Shown: positions 1-11,052 of the stretch, in pieces
How the letters are laid out: each line of letters opens with the position of its first letter
Position numbering within the stretch: the first letter of the stretch is position 1
Origin: Eledone cirrhosa
Taxonomy: Eukaryota
Reading direction: 5' to 3'
NCBI GenBank assembly: GCA_964016885.1
Contig: OZ024743.1
Coordinates: 240,808,001 to 240,872,000 of the forward strand
Length of the DNA stretch: 64,000 nucleotides
Made by a program: the position numbers and the translations under genes
Notes under the pieces: model-generated
Told to the model about the DNA's origin: nothing
What the model saw: only the letters and a program-made list of their open reading frames with translations
Database searches by the model: none

Positions 1-25
1 TGTTGTTATTATCAATAAATATACT

Positions 26-180
26 TCATTATTTCTGAAGACGGCGTATATATGTGTTAGGTATGTATATTTAATCTTGATAATTTGTATAATTTTGTAT
101 AATTTTGTACATAGATCTGTTGAATATGCATACCAATTATAACACATATATACCCTAGAAACGATCGTTAAATAGTGAAC
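26..180 (+). ncRNA. Type I hammerhead ribozyme motif with a long stem II, in a PLE-like terminal repeat
   Basis: Stem I TTCATTATTT/AAATAGTGAA (10 bp, one GU); CTGAAGA at 35-41; ~115-nt stem II with TATATATGTGTT/AACACATATATA and GGTATGTATATT/AATATGCATACC; GAAAC at 158-162; palindromic stem III ACGATCGT; GTT triplet. Same family as 50722-51066. Confidence 0.7.
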
Positions 181-364
181 TTTTTTTGTTTAATATAAGG
201 AATTGTTTGTTCATTATTTGTTTAATATTTTATCTTGACTCTGTATACCGTTTATCTTTCACCGAAAGTGGATTTTCATTACATCTCTTCTTTCCATGAT
301 ATCTGGAATACATTGAGTTCTTCATACGGATTGGACACTACCGTAAACTCTTGGTAGATTTATC

Positions 365-407
<43 letters not shown>

Positions 408-433
408 TTTTTAAGCTTCATATCATGTCTCCC

Positions 434-504
434 TATTTTATCTGATGAGAACGCAGATATCATCCCATGATGATATTTGTTTTTGAAATGCGCATAATAA
501 AATA
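434..504 (+). ncRNA. Apparently intact type I hammerhead ribozyme motif
   Basis: Stem I TATTTTAT/ATAAAATA; CTGATGA at 442-448; stem II CAGATATCATC-ccat-GATGATATTTG; GAAAT at 485-489; palindromic stem III ATGCGCAT; ATA triplet at 494-496. Lies between two (TA)n tracts. Confidence 0.8.
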
Positions 505-534
505 CCTGGAACTCTTTTAACCATCTTTTGATCT

Positions 535-588
<54 letters not shown>

Positions 589-593
589 CCGTC

Positions 594-902
594 GTATACT
601 TGCTTGACCTCCTGCCCTGCTGTAGTTGGCACTATCAACGCACGAGTGGGTTTCCTCCACTCCCTCTCCCTCTTTCTTCAACTGGCAAGTTCAGCTACCC
701 CTTCCTTCCACAAATTGCCATGATAGAATTATGTGTCTCAACAACAAACTTTTGACCAATCCTTGTGACAATCACTTTTACCATATATGGAATTACCCCC
801 TGAGAAGCTCGGCTATTCATATACCAGGATAAAAATTTTCATTTAGCCCAGAATTAGCCGTCGAAATGGCTTGAGCTCAGCCGTCGGGGTCCTACTCGTT
901 CC

Positions 903-904
<2 letters not shown>
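594..904 (+). repeat. Inverted copy of the Naiad-type PLE 3' terminal repeat (pLTR)
   Basis: Near-identical reverse complement of 945-1255 across a (TA)n spacer; direct match to 4579-4890. Confidence 0.9.
795..890 (+). ncRNA. Variant hammerhead in the Naiad pLTR (also 959-1054 on -, 4780-4875 on +)
   Basis: Stem I ACCCC/GGGGT; core CTGAGAA (A at position 8); stem II base CGGCTA/TAGCCG; GAAA; stem III A(C/T)GGCT-tgagctc-AGCCGT; GTC triplet. Confidence 0.65.
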
Positions 905-944
<40 letters not shown>

Positions 945-948
<4 letters not shown>

Positions 949-3900
949 AACGAGTAGGACCCCGACGGCTGAGCTCAAGCCATTTCGACGGCTAATTCTG
1001 GACTAAATGAAAATGTTTATCCTGGTATATGAATAGGCGAGCTTCTCAGGGGGTAATTCCATATATGGTAAAAGTGATTGTCACAAGGAATGGTCAAAAG
1101 TTTGTTGTTGAGACACATAATTCTATCATGGCAATTTGTGGGAGGAAGGGGTAGCTGAACTTGCCAGTAGAAGAAAGAGGGAGAGGGAGTGGAGGAAACC
1201 CAGTCGTGCGTTGATAGTGCCAACTACAGCAGGGCAGGAGGTCAAGCAAGTATACTAGGGAGGGGGAGGGGGGGGGAGGAAGTCGAAACAATAAGTAAAT
1301 CAATATGGAGTAAATATATAGAAGAATACCAAGAATGTTAAAAATATAAACAAAAATTTCTGGTTACTATTCCCTAACCACAGTCATCAAATCTCTCACT
1401 GGTCTGCTAACCTATAGAAAAGTTTACTAGGTGGGACGGAATTGTAGTGAGACCATTTTAAGAGTTAGTAGTAATCATCCGAGTATATCTTACGGTGACA
1501 GGTCAACAAGTGTGGGGCCAAAATACTAAAGAAACTACCACGAAATAATAATTCAGAGCCCCGAAACTAATACGAAATAATTGTCTCCACCCTAAGCACA
1601 AAGCCAGCAACCACCCAGTGCAAAACATAAACTAATACGAAATAATAATTCAGAATCCCGAAAATGAATACTAATACTATCTCTAACGGTGCCGCTACGA
1701 TACAGAAATTATAGTGCAAACTACATAAATGCTCGTACGAAGCATATGAAAAATTAGATACGGAAAATTAATTCAGAATCACTCCCCCCCCCCGCCAAAA
1801 AAAAAATCATGATATACGAGAAATTAAAGCAGAGATACCACTAAGAAATGTAGAAAGCACGGAAATGGGGCAGCCATCGGATAAGAAAGCAAGTATCTGG
1901 GGTCTATCACATCTGCTATAAAAAGCGGAGTCGGCCAATTCTATCATAGAATAGGGGATGGGGTGGGGGTACTGAGGCTACAAAGGACTGAGGGGCTACC
2001 TCGGGTGAGCAAGAAAGTGAAAAGGACGACGACAAAGAAGGAGGACTGGGTGGAAGGACTAGGAAGGGATGGGGGAAGAAGGAAATATAGAGGAAACGAT
2101 AAAAAGATATAAAAGAAGATCTTACGTCTACCTTTGCAAGCAGGGGTTACCCATTACAAAGTCGGCAAGTGGGGTGTTACAGCCCTTGTCTATCCTCCCG
2201 GGTCATTTTGGGGTTTGAGGGCGAGGTAAGTCCTACGCAATCTGTGTTTGCATGCAGTTACCAGTTCGTCTTTCTTGTTTAGGAGTTGGTCCGCCAAAAA
2301 CTGCATTTGTAAAGTTTCCTCTGAGCATAAATTGCACGGACGGCGTCCTCCCGTGTAAGAGTTGGCTCTGGACAGTAAGCTCCAAGTGAGATCATAGGTA
2401 ATATTGTTATCTTTGAGGTCCCAGATGTGGCCGGGTTTCGGAAAGTATGTCTGTGTTGGTATAGCCGGGTCTTGAAGTCACATGCGGTTAATCCTATATA
2501 AGCTTTGTTGGAGGTGTCCGTCCTCACGTTGCACGGTAGATCACATTACGATCTCTGCATCTGTTGTCGAGGGGGCAGATGGATCCATCAGGACAGTTAT
2601 ACCTCCTGGTCGGCTCTCCACTGCTATTTAGGTTATTTCTTCCATAGGGGTTGAGTTTTTTGTTGTTAGAAGAGACGATGTTTTGTGCAAAGTTTGGTGT
2701 GGTGCTGAAGGAGAGTTTGAGGGTATTTTTGTTGATTATGTTGTGGTAGCGGTGTTGTAGTGGGAAGTGTTTTTCGATGAGCCTAAAGAAGATTTTCCCG
2801 ATAGGAGCACCTCGGCGTTGTGGGGAGGATTGAACCATGTTACTTTGCGTGAGCGGCGCTGTCGCCTGCTGGTTCCGCTATTGGAAGCTGGACAGTAGGA
2901 TATTTCCTTCCGGAAGCCACTCCGCTTGAGGGCCTGGTTGTAATAAGGCGCATGTTCCTCGAATATCTGCTCATTAGCGGACAAACGAGATATGCGGAGG
3001 GAGATGTTTTTAACCAGGTTATTGGTGATGTTCCTAGGATGGTTTGACCGGCGGTGGATGTAGTGCAGGTTGTTGTTGGGTTTCCTGTATGGGTAGTACA
3101 GATCATTATCGAGGTCAAGGGTAACGTCCAGGAAGTTTACAGGGGTCAGGGACGTTTGTAGGGTTATTTTAAATCCCCAGTCGCGGAAGAAGCTGATTAA
3201 TTGTTTACGGACCCGGTCTGTACTACTGGGGTTGTACCCTTTAAGGGTAAGGAGCCCATCATCACGGTACAATCCACCGCCGAATGCAGGAAACATATCG
3301 GTGATTTTAACTAGTAGGAATAATCCTATAAGATCTGTGACGTCAGCCGAATCCGTCGCGCCCATGCTGACGTCGAAGGGTGAGTCGGGAGCTCTCTTTA
3401 TCCATTTAGAGTTGTCGAAAAGTAGGACTGTCTTCCTGTCGTGGAGGATGATGTTTCTTTCCTGGTCGGTGATGGGCGCAAATGTCTCGGCAAAGTCCAA
3501 GGCAGCCGTAAGTAGCGGTAAGGTAATTGAAGCATAGTAACTCTCTATGTCAAACTGGATGAAATTTGTGTCTCGTTTGTCCTCCATATTGCTGAACCAT
3601 GAGATTACTTCCTGGGTGTTGACCCCATAGGCTAAGTCTGGCGTTTTGTTTAACTTTTGGTATAACGCGGTCTAGGATTTTTTTTACTGATTCTCCCTAT
3701 GTCGGACTTCGTTGGGTTTATAAGCCTGATAGAAGGTTTACGGTCGAAATCGGATTTGTGGTCCTTCAGTGTGAAGTAGGGTGTCCGTGGGTCTAGGGGT
3801 TCCGTGCGGTCGGCGACCCCGAGGCTGGAGGTAATTTGTTGTCCATCTCGATTTATGTCCTCGATGCATGAGTGGTTAACCTTTTTATAGGTGGAGTTTA

Positions 3901-4967
3901 GGCTGCTCCTGATCAGTGTGTGGTATCTGTCGGGTTGACGAAGTAGAGGTTACCAGTTTTATCCGAGTGCACCATGATGCATTGGTGTTATCATACTCTG
4001 TTAAGTTGCTACGGAGTTTTTGTAGGAATCGGTTGTGGCTGGGTTTGAATTTAATGTTCTTGACCAGTTGGAAAAGGTCATTCTCGAAGGGTGAGAGTAT
4101 AGGGTTCGGAGGGGGAGATTTGTAGGTATTAAATCCGAATCTCTCCTTGGTACCGAAGTCCTGATTGTCGCAATATCTGTGGTAGAAAAAAGTTCTCCAT
4201 CTAAGTCTTTTCGCAAAGAGGTCGATGGTTGCTGGCCTTGTGCCTAGGGCGGAGACAATTATTTCGTATTAGTTTCGGGACTCTGAATTATTATTTGTGG
4301 TAGTTTCTTTAGTATTTTGGCCCCCCACTTGTTGACCTGCCACCGTAAGATATACTCGGTTGATTACTACTAACTCTTAAAATGGTCTCACTACAATTCC
4401 GTCCCACCTAGTAAACTTTTCTATAGTTTAGCAGTACCAGTGAGAGATTTGATGACTGTGGTTAGGGAATAGTAACCAGAAATTTTTTAAATATTTTTAA
4501 CATTCTTGGTATTCTTCTATATATTTACTCCATATTGATTTACTTATTGTTTCGACTTCCCCCCCCTCCCCCTCCCTAGTATACTTGCTTGACCTCCTGC
4601 CCTGCTGTAGTTGGCACTATCAACGCACGACTGGGTTTCCTCCACTCCCTCTCCCTCTTTCTTCTACTGGCAGGTTCAGCTACCCCTTCCTTCCACAAAT
4701 TGCCATAATAGAATAATGTGTCTCAACAACAAACTTTTGACCATTCCTTGTGACAATCACTTTTACCATATATGGAATTACCCCCTGAGAAGCTCGGCTA
4801 TTCATATACCAGGATAAACATTTTCATTTAGTCCAGAATTAGCCGTCGAAACGGCTTGAGCTCAGCCGTCGGGTTCCTACTCGTTCCTATTACCCACTCT
4901 ACTACCCTAAGTATTGGGTACTTTGGTGCGTTATGGTCCACCTGGTTCCTTACCACATTTCCTTCGT
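945..4967 (-). mobile_element. Penelope-like retroelement, Naiad-type, 5'-truncated with an inverted pLTR at its 5' end
   Basis: RT and GIY-YIG remnants on - (2177-4225); long 3' UTR 945-2176; 4226-4890 is an inverted copy of 945-1613 plus a ~78-bp extension; (TA)n on both flanks. Confidence 0.9.
2177..4225 (-). pseudogene. Naiad-type PLE polyprotein (RT + GIY-YIG endonuclease), several frameshifts
   Basis: Motifs read across frames: FAKRLRW, YFTLKDHKSDF..PSIRLINPTKSD, FIQFDIESYYASI, FDVSMGATDSA, GLYRDDGL, VNFLDVTLDL, SNHP, WFNPP, YNCPDGSICPLDNRC, VIYRAT..YIGLT, CNLCSEE..LLNKKDELVTACKH; stop at 2177-2179. Confidence 0.9.
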
Positions 4968-5010
<43 letters not shown>

Positions 5011-5679
5011 GATGTAGTTATGTATGTCGAGAATAGTTTGGAAGACATTGGTTTCTTCTGCTGCACGGCAAGTTTTTTTCTTTAGATAACAGGGAAAGAT
5101 TATTAAGTCAAGATATGGGTAAATTAACAGAATGAAATGTCTTTCTTAAGACCTGCGAACGAGGAAGTGCTTAGAGTGAAAACTAGTTTTTGTTTTCATC
5201 TATGTTTGCAGCCAAAGGTAGAGTCGTGGTGTAAGTTGATTCCACAAATATAAAGGTAATTTAAGAAACAGTAGACTGTAGACTTGGATAATTGTTTCTA
5301 CTTTTGGCACAAGGCCAGCAATTACCCAGTGCATTACTCGTACTTTACACTGGGATAATGATAGTGTGTTGTTACCTATGTGAAAAAGTTGCATGCTGAT
5401 TTGATCACAAAGGATACTGATGTACCACCCAGTGATTTACTAAATCTTTACAAAAAATAAGGGAATACCGAATGAAATATGCAATAATAGTCGATCACTA
5501 AAACAATTAAGTAATGGTAATGCACTCGCGTTGTATTCTCGAGATACTGGGTTCGATCTTTTGTATGCGCCTCTGTCCACTTATTTTCCATATCTATGGG
5601 TAATTTACCCAATTTTCTCAACTATTATTTGCAGTGATCAACAGTTATTACAGTTATTTTCTACGTTTGGCGCTATCAT

Positions 5680-7380
5680 ATTTTCAAATACCTAACACAC
5701 CCAGCGTTTCGTTAATTCAGGTTTATACTTCGGTAAATAAGGTTGGAGAAATTACAATCAAAGTATTCAGGGATTTGCAATTAAGCTTGTGTGTTGGATA
5801 TGACTATTCTGCTGGAGATGACGGAGTAAGTTTGAAATCTGGAGCGGGAAATTGTTCGGAGGCACCGAGATGTATGTTGCATGTGGGGAAGAGATTAAAA
5901 ATATCACTCAATATTTTGTCCTTATTAAGATAAATAAGTGGTAGGCTTGGGAAAGTTAAGAGTAACTTGAGGGCCAGAGGAAAGGAAGTGAACAATGTAG
6001 AGGATAGTCCGTTGAAATGACAGGAGAAAAGTAGTAAAACGAGAATATTTGTGTGTAGGGCAAGAATGTTGAGTTTCTCTCAGTGACGAACGTTCGGAGG
6101 AGTTTTGTGGTATCTATCGATTTAGGGTTGTCTTGTAAGTGGAACAATTAGCGCATTTAATGAGACTTGGAAAGGAAATGTGAATCACTGTTGCATAGTT
6201 GAAGGAATCAAGAGATTGCGAGAAAAGAATGGTAATGTGTCAGGTTTATGTGTCAGTGGATTTATAATGCATATAGATGGAAATATGATGGTTATGGTTA
6301 ATAAAATAGATGTAAAGGAACGCGAGAGAAGTGTATGAGATGGTATTCGAGGAATGTGTTGATATAAGAAATGAGGAAAATAAATTCGTTCCTCCAGGAA
6401 GAGGGGAAGAGAGCATCATTGCATGCATTTATATAACGATAGTAAATTTTTGTGGGTCGCCTGATAGATTGGGAAAATATATGGATTTCAGTATAAACCC
6501 TGGTGGATTGGGGAGAAATCTGGGTTTTAATATAACTCACGGATGGATCAGGAAAATGTATATGCTTCAGTATAGCCCACTGTTGGGTTAGGGAAAGATT
6601 TGCGCTTCAGTATTTTTAACCGTAGGATTGGGAAAAAATATGGACTTCAATATTGTCTTCAAAGAGCTTAGAACAACTGGGGCTAATCCTGGTACCTATG
6701 GTCTCACCGATGGTTTACTGATAAAACTTATCTATGAATGAGAATGCAAGTATAAGGTTGGCTAAACAGAGAAGAGGCATATAAATAGGCTGAAAGGGAG
6801 GACGGATGTGAATAATATATTGAAGAGTTAAGAGTTCGTCGTTGTGGGGGATGATGTTATATAGGCGTACTGCCTACGGTATGTAGGAGATGTGAGGAAC
6901 AGAAAAAGAATCGAGAAGGTGAAGAGTATGGTCAATACCCTTGATAGGGACGGACATGAAAGGAACAAGCGATGAATTTATAAAGATAACTAGAGATAAG
7001 TTGGGATTCAAGAGGTGGAGACGAAAGGGATACTCCATGGGAGAAAATAGTTAGGAAATGTACGAGGTGTGTTTATATGAAGTTGGTAGTGATTGGAAAA
7101 GTTCAAAGGAAGTGATATGTGACTTTATTGTTCGAGATATAAGTTTTGGTTTTGTGGCATGAGGTTGTTAGGTAGTTTATGGTAGAAGTTGGTAATATCG
7201 AGTTAATTAAGTCTCTAATCGTTCCTATTTAATTCTTCAGTGAGACTCATATCTTTTCTTTTCTTTTCTCCCAAGAATGATTTCATTGACAAAATTAACT
7301 CTGCTCGAGTAAGTCTGCTATTTCGTTAAGGAAAACATTTTTCTGCGAAAATGATATGTGATTCTGTGTAAGTACGTGTT
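5680..7380 (-). pseudogene. Heavily decayed PLE RT/endonuclease of a different (Neptune/Poseidon-like) lineage
   Basis: Eroded motifs on -: IYYRYINAC (YRYIDD), LISYINTF, MHYKSTDT (HYKPTD), LPFFSQSL (IPYSQFL), FDCNFSNLIY (start of GIY-YIG region). Many stops and indels. Confidence 0.65.
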
Positions 7381-7979
7381 TATTTATGTTTGAGTGGATA
7401 TTTGTATGAAAACATTCGGCTTCTGTTCGTATATATATATGTGTGTGTCAGAGAGAATATGGGTGGGGTAACTGTGAATGTATGTGGTGTATGTGCATGT
7501 GGGAGAAAGAGAGAGTGTGAGTGCGATGTGTGTGCATGTGGTGTGTGTATGTGTGTGCGTGCGAGAGAGAGAGAGAGTGTGAGACTGTGTGTAACAGGGA
7601 ATGTTTGTGGTGCGTGTTCATGTGTGTATGTGTATGTGTATGTGTGTGTATTCGTTCGTATGTATGTGTTCGTGTGTATGTGTGTGTGTATGCGTTCGTG
7701 TGTATGTGTGTGCATGCGTTACTGTATATGTGTTCGTGTGTATGTGTAACCTAAATTGCCTGTTATAGGTGATAATGGGAGAAATGTAGAGGAAAGTTGA
7801 CAATAAAGAAATAAGGAGAGAATTCTCTGTGAGACAGAGCGAGAGGGGGGGGGGAATAAGAGAGAAAAGTTGATGAAAGAGAGAGAGAATGAGAGAGGAG
7901 AGGAAGAGAAAGAGAGGAAGAGGTGAAGAGAAATAGAATAAGAGACAGAAAATGAGAGACTAACAGAGAGAGAGGGAGA

Positions 7980-8031
<52 letters not shown>

Positions 8032-8957
8032 AGAGAGAGAGATAGGGCTAGTATGGGAAGAGAGAGAATGAAAGCGAAGAAAAGGAGACGGGGTAAGACA
8101 GAGATGGTGAAGAAAGAGAGAATGTGAAAAGGGAGGGAGAGAGAGTGAGAGAGTGAGAGAGTGAGGGAGAAAGAAAAAGAGAGCTAATTAAAAACGAAAC
8201 TCCCAAACACTTAAATGTGTTGGACACAGGAAACGTTGCGTACTTCCAATTTCCAATTACCAAGAGAAAATTAATGGAAAATATTACCATTGTCGCTAGA
8301 TATTGTTGGTGATATCTTTTGGATATCATATTATATATTATGTGTCTGTATCTGCGCATGCATGTGTGTTTGTCTATAGGATTCGAAACAATAGTTATCA
8401 CATTATATACAAATATGATGACGGTCTCTCTCGTCGAAGATGACGTGTCAGGTTTAGAGGCTTCCTTCGCCATCATTAAGTCTAGTGTTCGTGGCAGTTG
8501 TTATACACCATAGCTTTGGGTCAATCTATGCCTTGTGAATGGATATGAGTAGACGGAAACTGTTTGGAAGCCCGTCAGATGGATTGTATCTATATTTAAA
8601 AAAAAACAGACTTAATGCGTATTATATCACGCTGAATCTCTCTAGGATATACGTTAAGGATAAACCTTCCTCAAACACTTACACGTTAATTTCATGAACA
8701 GGTTATTTCATTGATCGAACAACTGAAACATTCCTCATCTAAACCGGCGGAGCTCCATTCGTCTGTGAGAGTTGTGTTAATTTATTGGATAGTGATCGAA
8801 TGTATTGTGTCAGTTCAATTAGATGATTATGTAGTTTATGTCGTGTGGTTTTTGTAATTTTATTGTTTGGTTATTATGTAAAATATATGTGTGATTAGTT
8901 AGTTTAATTTTGTAGAATAGGAGTTGTTATAGGATGGTGATTATGGAAAGTAATTGT

Positions 8958-10170
8958 TGTGTACGATAATGTAGAGTAAGTGTTGTGTATGTTATATAGA
9001 GTAAGTGATGTGTACGATAATGTAGAGTAAGTGTTGTGTATGTTATATAGAGTAAGTGATGTGTACGATAATGTAGAGTAAGTGTTGTGTATGTTATATA
9101 GAGTAAGTGATGTGTACGATAATGTAGAGTAAGTGTTGTGTATGTTATATAGAGTAAGTGATGTGTACGATAATGTAGAGTAAGTGTTGTGTATGTTATA
9201 TAGAGTAAGTGATGTGTACGATAATGTAGAGTAAGTGTTGTGTATGTTATATAGAGTAAGTGATGTGTACGATAATGTAGAGTAAGTGTTGTGTATGTTA
9301 TATAGAGTAAGTGATGTGTATGATAACGTAGAGTAAATGTTGTTTATGTTATATAGAGTAAGTGATGTGCATGATAATGTAGAGTAAGTGTTGTGTATGT
9401 TATATAGAGTAAGTGATGTGTACGATAATGTAGAGTAAGTGTTGTGTATGTTATATAGAGTAAGTGATGTGTACGATAATGTAGAGTAAGTGTTGTGTAT
9501 GTTATATAGAGTAAGTGATGTGTACGATAATGTAGAGTAAGTGTTGTGTATGTTATATAGAGTAAGTGATGTGTATGATAATGTAGAGTAAGTGTTGTGT
9601 ATGTTATATAGAGTAAGTGATGTGTATGATAATGTAGAGTAAGTGTTGTGTATGTTATATAGAGTAAGTGATATGTATGATAATGTAGAGTAAGTGTTGT
9701 GTTATGTTATATTTAGTGAGTGTTGTGTGATTATGGAAAGTAAGTGTTGTGTGATTATGGAAAGTAAGTTTTGTGTGATTATGGAATGTAAGTTTTGTGT
9801 GATTATACAAAGTAAGTGTTGTGTGATTATTCAAAGTAAGTGTTGTGTAATTATGGAAAGTAAGTGTTGTGTGATAATGTAAAGTAAGCGTTGTGTATGT
9901 TATATTGAGTAAGTGTTGTGTGTTATATTGAGTAAGTGTTGTGTGATATATATAGAAAATGTTTTCTATGTTATATCGAGTAAGTGCTGTGTTATATAGA
10001 GTAAGTGTAGTGTGTGTTATATAGAGTAAGTGTAGTGTATGTTATATAGAGTGTCATGTGTATGTTATGTAGAGTAAGTATTGTGTATGTTATTATATAG
10101 AGTAAGTGTTATGTGTTATCTAGAGAAAGTGTTGTGTGTTATGTGTGATTATGTAGAATAAGTATTATTT
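8958..10170. repeat. Minisatellite: 51-bp higher-order repeat (26+25 bp monomers) decaying into ~22-25-bp monomers
   Basis: Unit TGTGTACGATAATGTAGAGTAAGTGT+TGTGTATGTTATATAGAGTAAGTGA, ~14 copies to ~9700, then TGTGTGATTATGGAAAGTAAGTGT-type monomers. Confidence 0.95.
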
Positions 10171-10315
10171 ATTGGATAGTGATTTTGTAGGATGTGTTAT
10201 GTGGGTTCTGTTATTAGTGATATATAGAATGTGTTCTGCTAGATGTACACTGCATAAGGGTTATTGTTTTATAGATAGCTTTTAAAGTTACAGCAAAAAC
10301 AACAACAACAGCAAC

Positions 10316-10992
10316 AATAATAATAATAATGGTTTAATTTATTTGTCACAAGGGCCCACATATAGAGGACAATACAAAGACAGAGACAGTAAGGGTTTAC
10401 AAAAAAACAAAAAAAAAAACGAATCGAGTAAAAATACACAATAACAAAAACGATTAACAATGAACATATATAAAAATACATAAAAATATCAAAATATATA
10501 ACAAAATAACCATCTCGTACTCATCTGGTAGTTTGTCGTGGTCCGGCATATTTTTTATGACCTCTGATAATTTGGAGAAGAATCTCTAGACCAGACCGAG
10601 ACCACTTCTCCCTCTTTGTAAATTTCACATCGAGAGGGTGTCAGGGCCCTCTGCTGCCACGCATCTCAGGAGCCAGAATAGGTCATGTTATGGTGGGATT
10701 CTGGGAATGCATACCCTTACAATTCTCCTCCCCTGTTAGTACGTGTACATTACAATTTAGTCTGACCACCGAATGCGTAATAGCAAGGGCTCGGTTTTGA
10801 AGAACACCGAGACACTCCTGAATTGTTTGATTCTTCCTTAATGTCATTTATGATTCACTTCAGTTCAACCTCCACTTGTGCCTGGGAAGCCAGCTCAGCT
10901 TTATGAGATTGCACCGAAATACATCTATATTTCAGAGTTCCCCTCTACTTCGCTGTCAAAATCCCTGCCGCACGTCTTCACAATTAGTCGCC

Positions 10993-10994
<2 letters not shown>
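10316..10994 (-). mobile_element. Internally deleted L1/Tx1-like element: decayed ORF1 fragment joined to a 3' tail, in (ATT)n
   Basis: Minus-strand peptides ASQAQVEVELK, GRRIVRVCIPRIPP*HDLFWLL and SGLEILLQI..IKNMPD align with ORF1 at 22231 (PSQADIKTVLT, GKRTQRIWLDAMMPDVDYCWLI, TGIELVVQM..IAQIPD). 3' end GCCCTTGTGACAAATAAATTAAACC(ATT)n. Confidence 0.6.

Positions 10995-11052
<58 letters not shown>

Noticed and set aside
2524-2526. TGA in the Naiad GIY-YIG region as selenocysteine (some Naiads are selenoproteins)
   Set aside because: It results from a 1-bp deletion in ACG-GTG (YRATV) and is not at a Cys position. The conserved cysteines read TGT/TGC.
626-4817. Three copies of the 68-aa ORF MALSTH..
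   Set aside because: TTG start, inside the repeated pLTR; conservation reflects recent duplication.
8958-9700. CRISPR-like periodic array (also 30619-30860)
   Set aside because: No unique spacers, no cas genes, eukaryotic context.
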